The notes: generated by a model from the sequence alone, not told the origin. 64,000 nucleotides of DNA from Methylophilaceae bacterium (GCA_035460165.1 DATHWW010000017.1:8833-72832); one strand, 5' to 3'. Positions 20,547 through 31,407 are shown, counted from the stretch's first letter. Program-made: numbers and translations.

Positions 20547-23500
20547 ATGGTTGCCATAACAAAATCAGGTTTCCCCTCGATTTCACTTGCCGCGGCCAAG
20601 CTATTGAAAATAGCAGCATTCGCTGTTGTTTATTACGTTCTTGCGCGCTGGAGCCTGCTGCTGGCCTTCGAGGGCACCAACGCATCCCCGATCTGGCCGC
20701 CTTCCGGCGTCGCGTTCGGCGCCATGCTGCTACTTGGCCGCCGCGTCTGGCCGGCCATCGCGATCGGGGCATTCTCCGCCAACCTGGCCGTGTTTTCGGC
20801 GAATTACCCGGTCGGCCTGACGACGCTAACCGCCTCGGCGGCCATCGCCGCCGGCAACACGCTGGAAGCGCTCGCCGGCTATGCCCTGCTACGCCGCCTG
20901 AAAGTGCTCGACACCCCGCTGGACCAGCCGCAAAACGTCTTCCGTTTTCTGACGGCCGTACTGCTGATGTGCATGGTCAGCGCCACCATCGGCACTGCCA
21001 CCCTATTACTGGGCGGCTTCGCTCCGGTCGCCGCGTTGTGGCCGGTGTGGATCAACTGGTGGCTGGGCGATGTCGGCGGCATCCTTATCGTCACGCCGCT
21101 GATAATCATCTGGCTGGCGAAGGGCGGGCCAGCGCGGCAGATGCGATTTCGCCCGGGCTGGGCGATGGCGGCCGCCCTGGCCGTCTTTACGCTGCTGTCG
21201 TGGCAGATCTTCGACGGGCATCACGCCGCCGGCCATCTCGACCGCCTGCTGCTGTACCTGCATATGCCATTGATCGCGCTGATCGCCTACCGTTACGGCC
21301 AACCTGGCGTTTCGGTCGCCTTGCTGCTGCTGTCCGGCATCGCCGTCTGGCACACGATACACGGCACGGGCCCCTTCGCGACGGCCGACCTCAACCATTC
21401 CCTGATCCTGCTCATCACCTTCATCGTGCTGTGCTGCATGACCGGCTTGATCCTGGCGGCGGACATCAATCAGCGGACGCAATTCCAAACTACACCCATT
21501 TCATTCGGGGACGTCAAAGTGCCCTGGCTGACGCTGCTGGCGGCACTGGGACTGACGGTGTTCATTTGGCATACCGTGTCGGAGGATGCGGAGGACGCCG
21601 CACGCGATCAGTTCGAATCTTTAGGCACCGAAGTTCAGCTAAGCATCATTGAGCGCATGACGGATTACCAGCAGATCCTGCGCGGTGGCGTGGCCTTGTT
21701 CACGTCTTCCCAGCAGGTCACGCGCGAGGAGTGGCATAAATATGCGCGCGTTCTGGAAATCGATCAGCGTTTTCCCGGCATGCAATCGTTCGCCTTTGCG
21801 GAATGGGTCCACGCCGCGGACAAGGCCGCCCATGTCACGCGCATTCGCAACGAGGGGTTTCCGGACTATGCGATCCTCCCGGCAGGCGAGCGCGAGGCCT
21901 ATCTGCCGGTCAATTACATCGAACCGTTCAATTGGCGCAACCAGCGCGCATTCGGCTACGACATGTATTCCGAAGCGGTGCGCAAACAGGCGATCATGCA
22001 GGCCGCGGCTACGGGAAACGCGACCATTTCCGGCAAGGTGAGGCTGGCACAGGAGAACGGCCAGGACGAGCAAGCGGGCTTTGTGATGTACGTCCCGGTT
22101 TATCGCAACGGCATGCCGATCGACACCGAAGAGCAGCGGCGGCGCGCGCTGCTGGGCTACGTCAGCAGCGGTTTCCGCATGAATGACCTGATACAGGGCA
22201 TCGTGGGCGAGCAATCTCCGTGGCTGAGACTGGAAATCTTCGACGGCCAGCAGGCAAGCGAAGAGGCGAAAATGTACGACAGTGCCACACCCGCGACGAG
22301 AAAGCCGCCGGTGTATACGACGGATTTCCCGCTGCACATCTCGAACCATCTGTGGACACTGCGCACGACCTCGTTGCCCGCCTTCGAAAAAAGCATAGAC
22401 CATCAGAAAGCGCAGATCATCCTGATCGCGGGCATCATCGTCAGCCTGCTGCTGTTCATGCTGGTGCGCACATTGGCGATCACGCGCGAAAGCGCGCTGG
22501 CACTGGCGGACGATATGACCACCGCCTTGCGCACTTCTGAATTGGAATTGCGCAAACTGAACAGCCGCTTCGCCCTCGCCGCCGAGGCCGGCGGCATCGG
22601 CGTCTGGGAATGGAATGTACAGACCGGCCGCCTGACCTGGGATATCAGGATGTACGAGATTTACCAGATCGACCCCATGACCGCGAGCAGTACCTATTCC
22701 ATGTGGCGCGACCGCGTCCACCCGGACGACCTGGCCGGCATCGAGGGCGCATTCGCCGAGGCGCTCATCCATGGCTCGGCGCTTGCACAGGAATACAGGA
22801 TCGTCCTGCCCGACGATAGTTTCCGCCGGATCAAGGCCAATGGCGTCGTCGTCCGCGACGAGCGCGGCCAGCCCCTGCATATGATAGGCATCAACATCGA
22901 TGTCTCCGAGCTGCGGCAGGCCGAAGAATCGCTGCGCGCCAGCGAGAAGCGTTTCCGCAGCATCTTCGAGCACGCGCCCATCGGCATTGCGATCGTATCG
23001 CTCGACGGCCGCTGGCTCAGCGTCAACAACGCGACCTGCGCCATCGTCGGCTATACCAGAATGGAACTGGAGCAGATGACCTTCCACCAGGTCACGCTGC
23101 CGGACGATCTGCAGGCAGACCTGGATCATGTGCAGCAACTGATGGAGGGCAGCGCTCCTTCCTACCAGATGGAAAAACGCTACGTCCGCAAGGATGGCCA
23201 GCTCGTATGGGTGCTGCTGACGGTGACCCTGCTGCGCGACGAGACCGGCAAGCCGCTGTATTTCCTCTCGCAGATCATGAACATCAGCGACCGCAAGCAG
23301 AAGGAACAGACCATCGCCGCCGCGCTGGCGGAAAAGGAAGTGCTGTTGAAGGAGGTCTACCATCGGGTGAAGAACAACCTGCAGGTCGTCTCCAGCCTGT
23401 TCAACCTGCAACTGCGCACCTTGCCGGAAGGCGAGGCGCGCACCGCGCTGCGGGAATCGGCGAACCGCGTGCGGGCGATGGCGCTGGTGCACGAGAAGCT

Positions 23501-23972
23501 CTACCGCTCGAGCAACCTGTCTTCGATCGCGCTCGACGGTTACATCGAGGACATGTGCCGTCAGCTCGGCACGCTCGGTGCCGTCTCCCAGCGCGACATC
23601 CGCATCACGACCGAGCTGGAGCCGATCGAAATCGACCTGGAAATGGCCGTACCGGTCGGCCTGCAGCTCAACGAACTGATTTCCAACAGCCTCAAGCACG
23701 GCTTTCCCGACGACCGCCCGGGCCACCTCCATATCCGCCTGGCGCGGCGTGCGCCGGGCAGCGATACCATCACGCTGGAGGTGACGGACAATGGCATCGG
23801 CTTGCCGGTCGGTCTGGACCCCAAGACCTCGACGTCCTTAGGCCTCAAGCTGGTCGCCTCGCTGGCGGCCCAGATCGACGGGGAGTTCGACATCGCATCG
23901 CGCGATGACGGCACCCATGCCAGCCTGACTTTCCGTCTCGACGGCCCATCGCGGCCTGGGACCTCTTTGTAA
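20547..23972 (+). CDS. MASE1-CHASE-PAS-PAS HisKA_2 sensor histidine kinase
   Basis: IWPPSG (MASE1), NQRAFGYDM (CHASE), EVYHRVKNNLQ, DNGIGLP. Confidence 0.9.
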   Translation: MVAITKSGFPSISLAAAKLLKIAAFAVVYYVLARWSLLLAFEGTNASPIWPPSGVAFGAMLLLGRRVWPAIAIGAFSANLAVFSANYPVGLTTLTASAAIAAGNTLEALAGYALLRRLKVLDTPLDQPQNVFRFLTAVLLMCMVSATIGTATLLLGGFAPVAALWPVWINWWLGDVGGILIVTPLIIIWLAKGGPARQMRFRPGWAMAAALAVFTLLSWQIFDGHHAAGHLDRLLLYLHMPLIALIAYRYGQPGVSVALLLLSGIAVWHTIHGTGPFATADLNHSLILLITFIVLCCMTGLILAADINQRTQFQTTPISFGDVKVPWLTLLAALGLTVFIWHTVSEDAEDAARDQFESLGTEVQLSIIERMTDYQQILRGGVALFTSSQQVTREEWHKYARVLEIDQRFPGMQSFAFAEWVHAADKAAHVTRIRNEGFPDYAILPAGEREAYLPVNYIEPFNWRNQRAFGYDMYSEAVRKQAIMQAAATGNATISGKVRLAQENGQDEQAGFVMYVPVYRNGMPIDTEEQRRRALLGYVSSGFRMNDLIQGIVGEQSPWLRLEIFDGQQASEEAKMYDSATPATRKPPVYTTDFPLHISNHLWTLRTTSLPAFEKSIDHQKAQIILIAGIIVSLLLFMLVRTLAITRESALALADDMTTALRTSELELRKLNSRFALAAEAGGIGVWEWNVQTGRLTWDIRMYEIYQIDPMTASSTYSMWRDRVHPDDLAGIEGAFAEALIHGSALAQEYRIVLPDDSFRRIKANGVVVRDERGQPLHMIGINIDVSELRQAEESLRASEKRFRSIFEHAPIGIAIVSLDGRWLSVNNATCAIVGYTRMELEQMTFHQVTLPDDLQADLDHVQQLMEGSAPSYQMEKRYVRKDGQLVWVLLTVTLLRDETGKPLYFLSQIMNISDRKQKEQTIAAALAEKEVLLKEVYHRVKNNLQVVSSLFNLQLRTLPEGEARTALRESANRVRAMALVHEKLYRSSNLSSIALDGYIEDMCRQLGTLGAVSQRDIRITTELEPIEIDLEMAVPVGLQLNELISNSLKHGFPDDRPGHLHIRLARRAPGSDTITLEVTDNGIGLPVGLDPKTSTSLGLKLVASLAAQIDGEFDIASRDDGTHASLTFRLDGPSRPGTSL

Positions 23973-23994
23973 CCCGCAGCGGAAAGGAATTAGC

Positions 23995-26472
23995 ATGCAG
24001 CCAGCCAATATCCTGATCGTCGAAGACGAGTCCATCGTCGCCATGGATCTCGCTTATCAACTAGAGGAAATGAACTACCAGGTCTGCGCGATCGCGGACA
24101 ACGGCCAGGATGCGCTGGCGCTGATCGAACAGCATCACCCGACACTGGTACTGATGGACATCATCATCAAGGGCGATATGGATGGCATCGAGACTACGCG
24201 GCACATCAGCCACCGCTTCCATACGCCGGTCATCTTTCTCACCGCCTACAGCGATACGCACACGGTGGAGCGCGCGGCGCAGACGGCGCCCTACGGCTAT
24301 CTGACCAAGCCCTTCCAGGCCAACGAGCTGCGCGCCGCCATCGAAGTGGCGTTGTACAAGTCCGGGCTGGAAACGCGCCTGCGCGAATCCGAACGCTGGT
24401 TCGCCACCGCGCTGCGCTGCGTCGCGGATGGGGTGATCGCGACGGACAAGCAGGGGCTGGTCCAGTTCCTCAATCCGGCGGCGGAAGAAGCGCTCGGCTG
24501 GAAACTGGCGGACGCCAAGGGGCGCTCCGTGGAAGACCTGCTGCTGCTGCGCAATCCGCGCACCGGCGAGCGGGAGATGAATCCGATCTCACGCGCCTTG
24601 CAGAGCGACGGCGTGGTCGGCATCGAGTTCGGCACCATGCTCTCCGCGCGCAACGGGCAGCAACGGCCGATAGACGATTCCGCCGCGCCGATACGCGATG
24701 CCGACGGGCAAATCCTGGGGGCGGTGATGGCATTCCGCGACGTCAGCGAACGCCTGGCCATCGAGCAATCCTTGCGCCGCAGCGAAGAGCATTTCCGCAA
24801 AGCCTTCGATTTCGCGCCGGTGGGGATGGCGCTGATCGGCCTGGATGGAGCATTCCTGCAACTGAATGCGGCGCTGTGCCGGCTGCTGGGCTACGACCAG
24901 GCGGAATTGTCGACGATGTACCAGTCCGACCTGACGCATTCGTCCGACCTTCATGTCGAAAAACGCCAACTCGCCGACCTCCTGTCCGGCGGCCTGTCGA
25001 CGGTGCAATTCGAAAAACGCTATCTGCCCAAAAACGGCAACGACCTGTGGACACTGGTCAGCGTCTCGCTGCTGACGCAAGGCAGTGCGCCGACGTGCTA
25101 CCTCTACCAGATCCACGACCTGACCGAGCGCAAGAACTCGGAATACGAGCTGGCGCGCCTGGCGCATTTCGACACGCTGACCGGGCTCGTCAACCGCTCC
25201 AAGCTGCTGGAGGAGGCGAACGATCAGATATTGAGCGCCAAGCGGCAGAAGACCAGTCTGGCGGTGGTGTTCCTGGACCTCGACCATTTCAAGGAAATCA
25301 ACGACAACCTCGGCCACGAGGCGGGCGACCGGCTGTTGCAGGAAGTCGGCAACCGGCTCAAGGCTTCGGTACGCGAAACCGACTGTGTGTCGCGCTTCGG
25401 CGGCGACGAATTCGTCCTGCTGCTGCCCAATATCCAGACCGCGGAAGATATTTCCAACGTGGTCAACAAGATACTGGCCGAATTCGCCCGCCCCATGTTG
25501 CTCGAAGGCCACACCGTCACCATCGGCACCAGCATGGGCGTCAGCCTGTTTCCCGACGACGGCCAGGATGCCCAGACCCTGCTGAAGTGCGCCGACAGCG
25601 CGCTTTACCAGGCCAAGGCCGAGGGACGCAACAACGTCCAGTTCTACCGCGCCGAACTGACCGCGCGCATCGAGCAGCGCTTCATGCTGGAGAAGGAATT
25701 GCGCCACGCCATCGAACACGGCGAATTCGAGCTGTACTACCAGCCCATCATTGCCCTGAACGGCGCGCAGCATGTCTGCGCCGAGGCGCTGATCCGCTGG
25801 CACCATCCACAGCGCGGCCTGCTGCTGCCCGAATTCTTCATTCCTTTTGCCGAAGAAACCGGATTGATCATGCCCATCGGCGAATGGGTGCTCGCGACCG
25901 CCTGCATGGAAGCGGCACGCTGGCAACGAGAAGGCCGGCCGACACCGGTATCGGTCAACATCAGCCCGCGGCAATTCAGGACCAGCAACCTGATTCAGAA
26001 GGTCAAGGAGGCACTTGCCGACAGCGATCTGGCACCGTCTCTGCTGTGTCTGGAAATCACCGAGCAGTCCCTGCTGCTGGACACCGAGCAGAACATGGCA
26101 CTGATCGACGAACTAAAGGCGCTGGGATTGAAAATCGCCATCGACGACTTCGGTATCGGCTATTCATCGCTAAGCTATTTCAAGCGTTTCGAGCCGGCGC
26201 AGATCAAGATCGATCGCACCTTCATCCGCGGCGTGACCGACGGTGCGGAAGACACCGCCATCGTGCGGGCAATCATCGCCATGGCCAAGAGCCTGAATGT
26301 GCAGCTCGTGGCGGAAGGCGTCGAAACCGAAGAGCAGTTGGCGTTCATCCGGGCGGAAGGCTGCGACAAGGCGCAGGGCTACCTGTATGCCAAACCGGCC
26401 CCGGCCGCTGCCTTCCGCCGCGACTGGGTGGATGCGGCACACGTGCCCGATCAGGCTTCGTTGGGGATATAG
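23995..26472 (+). CDS. REC-PAS-PAS-GGDEF-EAL response regulator
   Basis: ILIVEDE...LMDI...KP; RFGGDEF; EALIRW; DDFGIGYSS. Confidence 0.93.
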   Translation: MQPANILIVEDESIVAMDLAYQLEEMNYQVCAIADNGQDALALIEQHHPTLVLMDIIIKGDMDGIETTRHISHRFHTPVIFLTAYSDTHTVERAAQTAPYGYLTKPFQANELRAAIEVALYKSGLETRLRESERWFATALRCVADGVIATDKQGLVQFLNPAAEEALGWKLADAKGRSVEDLLLLRNPRTGEREMNPISRALQSDGVVGIEFGTMLSARNGQQRPIDDSAAPIRDADGQILGAVMAFRDVSERLAIEQSLRRSEEHFRKAFDFAPVGMALIGLDGAFLQLNAALCRLLGYDQAELSTMYQSDLTHSSDLHVEKRQLADLLSGGLSTVQFEKRYLPKNGNDLWTLVSVSLLTQGSAPTCYLYQIHDLTERKNSEYELARLAHFDTLTGLVNRSKLLEEANDQILSAKRQKTSLAVVFLDLDHFKEINDNLGHEAGDRLLQEVGNRLKASVRETDCVSRFGGDEFVLLLPNIQTAEDISNVVNKILAEFARPMLLEGHTVTIGTSMGVSLFPDDGQDAQTLLKCADSALYQAKAEGRNNVQFYRAELTARIEQRFMLEKELRHAIEHGEFELYYQPIIALNGAQHVCAEALIRWHHPQRGLLLPEFFIPFAEETGLIMPIGEWVLATACMEAARWQREGRPTPVSVNISPRQFRTSNLIQKVKEALADSDLAPSLLCLEITEQSLLLDTEQNMALIDELKALGLKIAIDDFGIGYSSLSYFKRFEPAQIKIDRTFIRGVTDGAEDTAIVRAIIAMAKSLNVQLVAEGVETEEQLAFIRAEGCDKAQGYLYAKPAPAAAFRRDWVDAAHVPDQASLGI

Positions 26473-27398
26473 CCGGTCAGCGCGCACTGTGAATGGCGCG
26501 CGATGGCGAGTTTCTTTTCCGCATGCGGCGAATGCGGCAGCAAGGCCCGGCCCAGCACCGCTCCGCTCGCGTCGCGCTGCACCAGCTCGTCGGTCTCGAA
26601 ATCGAATTCCAGCGTCGGCATTTCATTCCATTTCTCGGCGAATAGCGTATTGAACGGCGTATACAAGCCGCGCTCCGGGCTGTTCGATTGCAGCGCAAAC
26701 ACATACTCCGGCACCGCGTTGATCTCGAAGCCGTCCTGGCAATACTGTACCCACACGTAATCGCCGATGATCACCAGCTTCCAGAAAGGCCGGTGGTCGT
26801 AAAACTTGAGGGTGACTTTCTTGCCTGCACTGCGCAGGGATTTCAGGTAACCGATGCTTTCGTATATTTCTTCCAGCATGCGGCCGTAGTAATCACGCTC
26901 TTCCGACAGGGAATCCGCCCGCAGCCGTGCCCCGTCGCTCAGTGGGTTGAGCAGCATCACGCGTATTTCACGCGCTTCATCCAGCACCTGGTGGAACTGG
27001 CTATCCTCTTGGGCGAAGGTGTCGTAGCCGGTTACGGTCATCACGCAGGCGCACTCCACCGCGGGGATTTTTCGGATCAATAGACGTTCGCGCCACCGTG
27101 TCAGCCAGCCGTTCTTGCTGCTCGCATGGACCAATGCAGCCAGCCTGGCGCTGCCGACAACCTCGCGATTTTGCAGCGCATTCTTGATGGCGAAAAACAC
27201 AAATACCAGCAACGCGGCAAATCCAGCCTCAGCGAGGAATAGCATATCCGGATTGGTCGAGATCACCGGCCACCAGCGGTAAATGAATGCATTTACCATG
27301 CCCGGCAACGAAAAAGCGATAGCGACGGCCACCACCATCAGCATGGCGTTCGTAATGATGTCGCCCATGAAAAACCGTGAGTGTTGTTGTCGATGCAT
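26451..27398 (-). CDS. Hypothetical 2-TM membrane protein with a C-terminal DUF5919/PLD-like fold
   Basis: Two hydrophobic segments, then IRVMLLNP...KFYDHRPFWKLVIIGDYVWVQY...LYTPF...W. Confidence 0.65.
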   Translation of the reverse strand: MHRQQHSRFFMGDIITNAMLMVVAVAIAFSLPGMVNAFIYRWWPVISTNPDMLFLAEAGFAALLVFVFFAIKNALQNREVVGSARLAALVHASSKNGWLTRWRERLLIRKIPAVECACVMTVTGYDTFAQEDSQFHQVLDEAREIRVMLLNPLSDGARLRADSLSEERDYYGRMLEEIYESIGYLKSLRSAGKKVTLKFYDHRPFWKLVIIGDYVWVQYCQDGFEINAVPEYVFALQSNSPERGLYTPFNTLFAEKWNEMPTLEFDFETDELVQRDASGAVLGRALLPHSPHAEKKLAIARHSQCALTGYIPNEA

Positions 27399-27536
27399 TC
27401 CGTTCCCCTTTCCAAGGAAAAGCATCGCGCCCCCTGCCGAGGCGGCAGGTTGACGCATGTACCAGAACCTACGCAATCATTGCTTCGATTTGCCGAATGC
27501 GATTCCGTTCCCTGAATTGTCGCCGTCCGAACAACG

Positions 27537-27983
27537 CTACGGAGATATCCCGCTTTTCAGAACGGCGTCCTTCGCATTGCTGTCCATGACATGCTCGGTC
27601 TGCAGGATGATTTCGGTAGCCGTCGCGCTGTCGTAGATGAAACCGCTACTTGTGGCGGTTACCCGCATCCGCGTCGTATTTGAAGTAAGCGGTTCCAGTT
27701 GAATTTGTATCGCGCGGCCGGATACCACCGCGTTCAGAATCTCGATGTTGTCCTGCTTGGAAGTGGAAAAAATTTCGATGTCCATACGTTTCAGAGCCAT
27801 CAATGCAGCACGTTTCACCTGGCTGCTGGGAGCAGTAAAAGTACGGTAGGCGATGCCGTTCAAGGTATGCGATACGGCGGTCGAGCCGCTGACGCCGAGC
27901 GCGGTCATGCCCAACTGCATGCACCCGGTGATCGCCATGGCGATCACCGCTCCACCCCACCTCTGCCATGCAATGCGCGACAT
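27537..27983 (-). CDS. DUF3568-like lipoprotein
   Basis: ITGC lipobox, GIAYRTF, DSATATEIILQT. Confidence 0.7.
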   Translation of the reverse strand: MSRIAWQRWGGAVIAMAITGCMQLGMTALGVSGSTAVSHTLNGIAYRTFTAPSSQVKRAALMALKRMDIEIFSTSKQDNIEILNAVVSGRAIQIQLEPLTSNTTRMRVTATSSGFIYDSATATEIILQTEHVMDSNAKDAVLKSGISP

Positions 27984-28153
27984 AAGGCTCACCCCTTTAC
28001 CGTTATTGTGTTTTTTGACAAAAAATCACAAGATTCGTGCCATCCAAACTCTCTTTTGTAATCAGTAAGATACCGCGATCCAACCTAAGCATTTTGTCGT
28101 GGGTGGAGACAGCGCGCTTCACATGCATCAACACCATGATTTTTAATTAAAAA

Positions 28154-29338
28154 TCATGTCTCCGCCGGGCGACAAGCATGACGCGTACGGTCCATCGTTT
28201 GCTGGATGACCCGCTTGCCCATCCGAATCCCTCCGGTTTCCACCGTGCGAAACATCAACCAGGCAATCAGGTATGCCATCGGCGCCACTAGTGCCACGCA
28301 GACAAGCAGGCGTAGAGGACCGCTTAGTGCGAGATAAGCGGTTGATTGCGTCAACATCCCGGCAACAGGAATCAGGATCAATAGATGCAGCAAATAAACG
28401 CCGTACGAGGTATCGCCGAGGAAGCGGCTGACCCGGCTTGAAAGCACGGCCCGCGATTTTCCGACCACGCCTTGCAGCAACCTGCTGCCGGGCAAGCTGC
28501 CATCATTCATCAGGTAGAACATGCCTATCACCACCAGCAGCCGCCCGGCAGCCTGGTCGGAACGCTCGACCAGCCCTACGGCAATCAACACCAGCATCGA
28601 CATCGCCAGCGCAATCTTCATCCCGCCTTGCAAGCGGCTGACCGCCAGCCAGATGCCGATGAAAAATAAATAGAGTTTGAGCGGAAGGAAAGACGGCATC
28701 GCAAACTGCTCGAAAAAGTCCTTGAACATCAATAGGCTGACGCCCGCGAGAATGATCGTCAGCAGCCCCGCCGTGAGCAGCCCCATGCGCAGCACCAGCA
28801 GCATCAGGAAAGGAAACGCCAGGTAAAAAGACATCTCCAGCCCGATGGACCAATCCGGCAAGGGCGTGCGGAAGGCATATTCGGGAAACGCACCGAACAG
28901 GAAACTGACGTGCATCAGGATGTTGCTGAGGCTCTGGTCGTCGTAGCGTGCGGGCGAGGTTGCGGTTTCCGGCCATTGCAACGCAATCGCGTCGCGCCAG
29001 TCGCCTATCCACGGCCCGAGCAGCAGCGCGAAAAACAGCAGGAAATAATACAAGGGCGCGATGCGGAAAAAGCGCCGCAGCCAGAAGGTGAAAAACGTGG
29101 ATTTCGCGTCCCACGGCTCTTTTTCCTGCCGCAGCACATAGTGGTGCGCCATCAGGAAGCCTGACAGCAGCATGAACAGATCGACCGCCAACTCGCCCCA
29201 GGACAGCACCGGAATGCCGCGCATCCCGCTCAGTATTTGCGCATGCGATACCAGCACCCACAGCGCGGCAAAACCGCGCAGCCCATCCAGCCAGGGCAGG
29301 TGATCGGCATTGTTTGCGTGAGCGGCTCCCTGCTTCAT
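28154..29338 (-). CDS. Acyltransferase-3 family protein
   Basis: LDGLRG, VDLFMLLSGF, RRFFRI, WSIGLE, SYGVYLLH. Confidence 0.9.
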   Translation of the reverse strand: MKQGAAHANNADHLPWLDGLRGFAALWVLVSHAQILSGMRGIPVLSWGELAVDLFMLLSGFLMAHHYVLRQEKEPWDAKSTFFTFWLRRFFRIAPLYYFLLFFALLLGPWIGDWRDAIALQWPETATSPARYDDQSLSNILMHVSFLFGAFPEYAFRTPLPDWSIGLEMSFYLAFPFLMLLVLRMGLLTAGLLTIILAGVSLLMFKDFFEQFAMPSFLPLKLYLFFIGIWLAVSRLQGGMKIALAMSMLVLIAVGLVERSDQAAGRLLVVIGMFYLMNDGSLPGSRLLQGVVGKSRAVLSSRVSRFLGDTSYGVYLLHLLILIPVAGMLTQSTAYLALSGPLRLLVCVALVAPMAYLIAWLMFRTVETGGIRMGKRVIQQTMDRTRHACRPAET

Positions 29339-29532
29339 GTCGATAGCATCCTCGCGTCCTTATCGATTCTTGTATGGAATGGTTCGCGTCGGGCGTTGGG
29401 GCGCGCCTTGCCGCGATTCATGAATGAGAACACCAAAATGCCGCAAAGGTTGTTAGCGCATACGGACTATTTATCGCGCGCGCCCTTCGCGATAAAAGCT
29501 TGTAAGCCAACAACTCCTGCGTCCTTTACCGA

Positions 29533-31407
29533 ATGAAACAACGCAACGATATCGACGGCCTGCGCGCGGTCGCCGTCCTCCCGGTGGTGCTGTTCCACTA
29601 CAACTTCCTCAAGCTGATGCCGGGCGGCTATGTGGGCGTGGATATCTTCTTCGTGATTTCCGGCTTCCTGATCACGCGCATCATCTATGACGGCATTGCC
29701 GACGGCAGCTACAGCATCGCGGACTTCTATTACCGTCGCGTGCGCCGCATTTTCCCGGCACTGTTCGCGATGTTCGCCTTCTGCCTGGTCACCGCCTTCC
29801 TGATCAGCTTTCCCAATGACGCGCACGACGTCGGCAATAGCGTGCTGGCCTCGACGTTCTTCGTGTCCAACATTCTGTTTTACCTGACCAGCGGCTATTT
29901 CGATCAGGCGAGCGAGATCAACCCGCTGCTGCATACCTGGTCGCTGTCGGTGGAAGAGCAGTTCTATGTGCTGTTTCCGCTGGTGGTGTTCGCCATTCGC
30001 AAGCTTTCAAACAAGAAGCGCATCCGCATCCTGTTTGCGATGGCGCTGGCCAGTTTTATCGCGTCGTCGCTGATGCTGCCGGTGGATCGCTCGGCGGTGT
30101 TCTACCTGGTGCAATACCGCGCCTGGGAGTTGCTGCTGGGTGCGCTGCTGGCGCTGGGTGCGGTGCCGCAGACACGCACGCCGTGGGTGGCGGAGTCGCT
30201 CGGCGTACTCGGGATAACGATGATCGCCGCCAGCATCCTGCTGTATACCAGCGCCACACCCTTCCCCGGCTACTCCGCGCTGCTGCCCTGCCTCGGCGCG
30301 GCGCTCGTCATATACTCCGGCACGGCCGCGACCACGCTGGTCGGCTACCTGCTCTCGCTCAAGCCGGTGCGGTTCGTCGGGCTGGTGTCGTATTCCTTCT
30401 ACCTGTGGCACTGGCCGATACTGGTGTTCTACCGCTATTACTTCATGCACGAACCGCATGGCCTGGTGGAGCGCGGCGCGCTGATCGCGGTGACTTTCCT
30501 GATCGCCGTGCTGTCGTGGCATTTCATCGAAAAGCCCTTCCGCGTGCGACGCGAAAAAACCGATGTGAAACGCACCCTGCGCGTGGCGGGATCGGGCATG
30601 CTCGCCTTCAGCCTGTTCGGCCTCGCACTCGGGCCGGCCAATGCGCAGTTCTGGCAATACCCGGGGCGCGTGACGAACACCATGGCCTACGTCAATTACG
30701 AAGTCACAGACATGATGCGCACCGGGCAATGCTTCATGTCCACCAGCGCCGGCGATTTCAAGCGTTTCGACAAATCGGCCTGCCTCGCGCCGGATGGCAG
30801 TAAACCGAATTACCTGATCTTCGGCGACAGCCATGCCGCGCACCTTTGGTACGGGCTCAAAAAAACCTATCCGGACGTGAATTTCATGCAGGCGACCTCT
30901 TCCGGCTGCAAGCCGCTGATCGGGCGCGAATCCGACCCTACCTGCAACAGCATGGTGCGATACATCGCCGATGATTTCGTGCCGAAATCGCACCCCGACG
31001 CGATCATTCTCTCCGCCAACTGGCTAGGCAGCGACACCGCCGACCTGCAAAAGACGATAGAGGCGCTGCGCCCGCACACCAAGCGCATCATCGTGTTCGG
31101 GCCCATCGTCGCTTACGACCAGCCCTTGCCACGCATCCTGGCGCGCAGTCTTTACGCGCAAGATCCGACGGTTGTCGTCCGCCATCGCATTCCGGGGCGC
31201 GACGAAATCGACCGCCAGCTCGCCGAGCGGCTGAGTACCGAGGATGTCGAATACATCTCGCTGTTCCGCACGATTTGTCCGTCCGACTGCGTGACCTGGA
31301 TCAACCGCAATACCCCGCTGCAATACGACTATGGCCATTTAACGCGCGAGGGCTCGATTTTCGTCGCCTCCCTCATCGATAAACGTCTGTTCGGCGCGGC
31401 ACACTGA
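29533..31407 (+). CDS. O-acetyltransferase (AT3 + SGNH, OafA-like)
   Basis: IDGLRA, GVDIFFVISG, HTWSLSVEEQFY, GDSHA, DYGH. Confidence 0.92.
   Translation: MKQRNDIDGLRAVAVLPVVLFHYNFLKLMPGGYVGVDIFFVISGFLITRIIYDGIADGSYSIADFYYRRVRRIFPALFAMFAFCLVTAFLISFPNDAHDVGNSVLASTFFVSNILFYLTSGYFDQASEINPLLHTWSLSVEEQFYVLFPLVVFAIRKLSNKKRIRILFAMALASFIASSLMLPVDRSAVFYLVQYRAWELLLGALLALGAVPQTRTPWVAESLGVLGITMIAASILLYTSATPFPGYSALLPCLGAALVIYSGTAATTLVGYLLSLKPVRFVGLVSYSFYLWHWPILVFYRYYFMHEPHGLVERGALIAVTFLIAVLSWHFIEKPFRVRREKTDVKRTLRVAGSGMLAFSLFGLALGPANAQFWQYPGRVTNTMAYVNYEVTDMMRTGQCFMSTSAGDFKRFDKSACLAPDGSKPNYLIFGDSHAAHLWYGLKKTYPDVNFMQATSSGCKPLIGRESDPTCNSMVRYIADDFVPKSHPDAIILSANWLGSDTADLQKTIEALRPHTKRIIVFGPIVAYDQPLPRILARSLYAQDPTVVVRHRIPGRDEIDRQLAERLSTEDVEYISLFRTICPSDCVTWINRNTPLQYDYGHLTREGSIFVASLIDKRLFGAAH

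Noticed and set aside
21639-26492. Long antisense or alternate-frame ORFs (21639-23732, 24589-25974, 24876-26492)
   Set aside because: Typical high-GC shadow frames of well-supported genes
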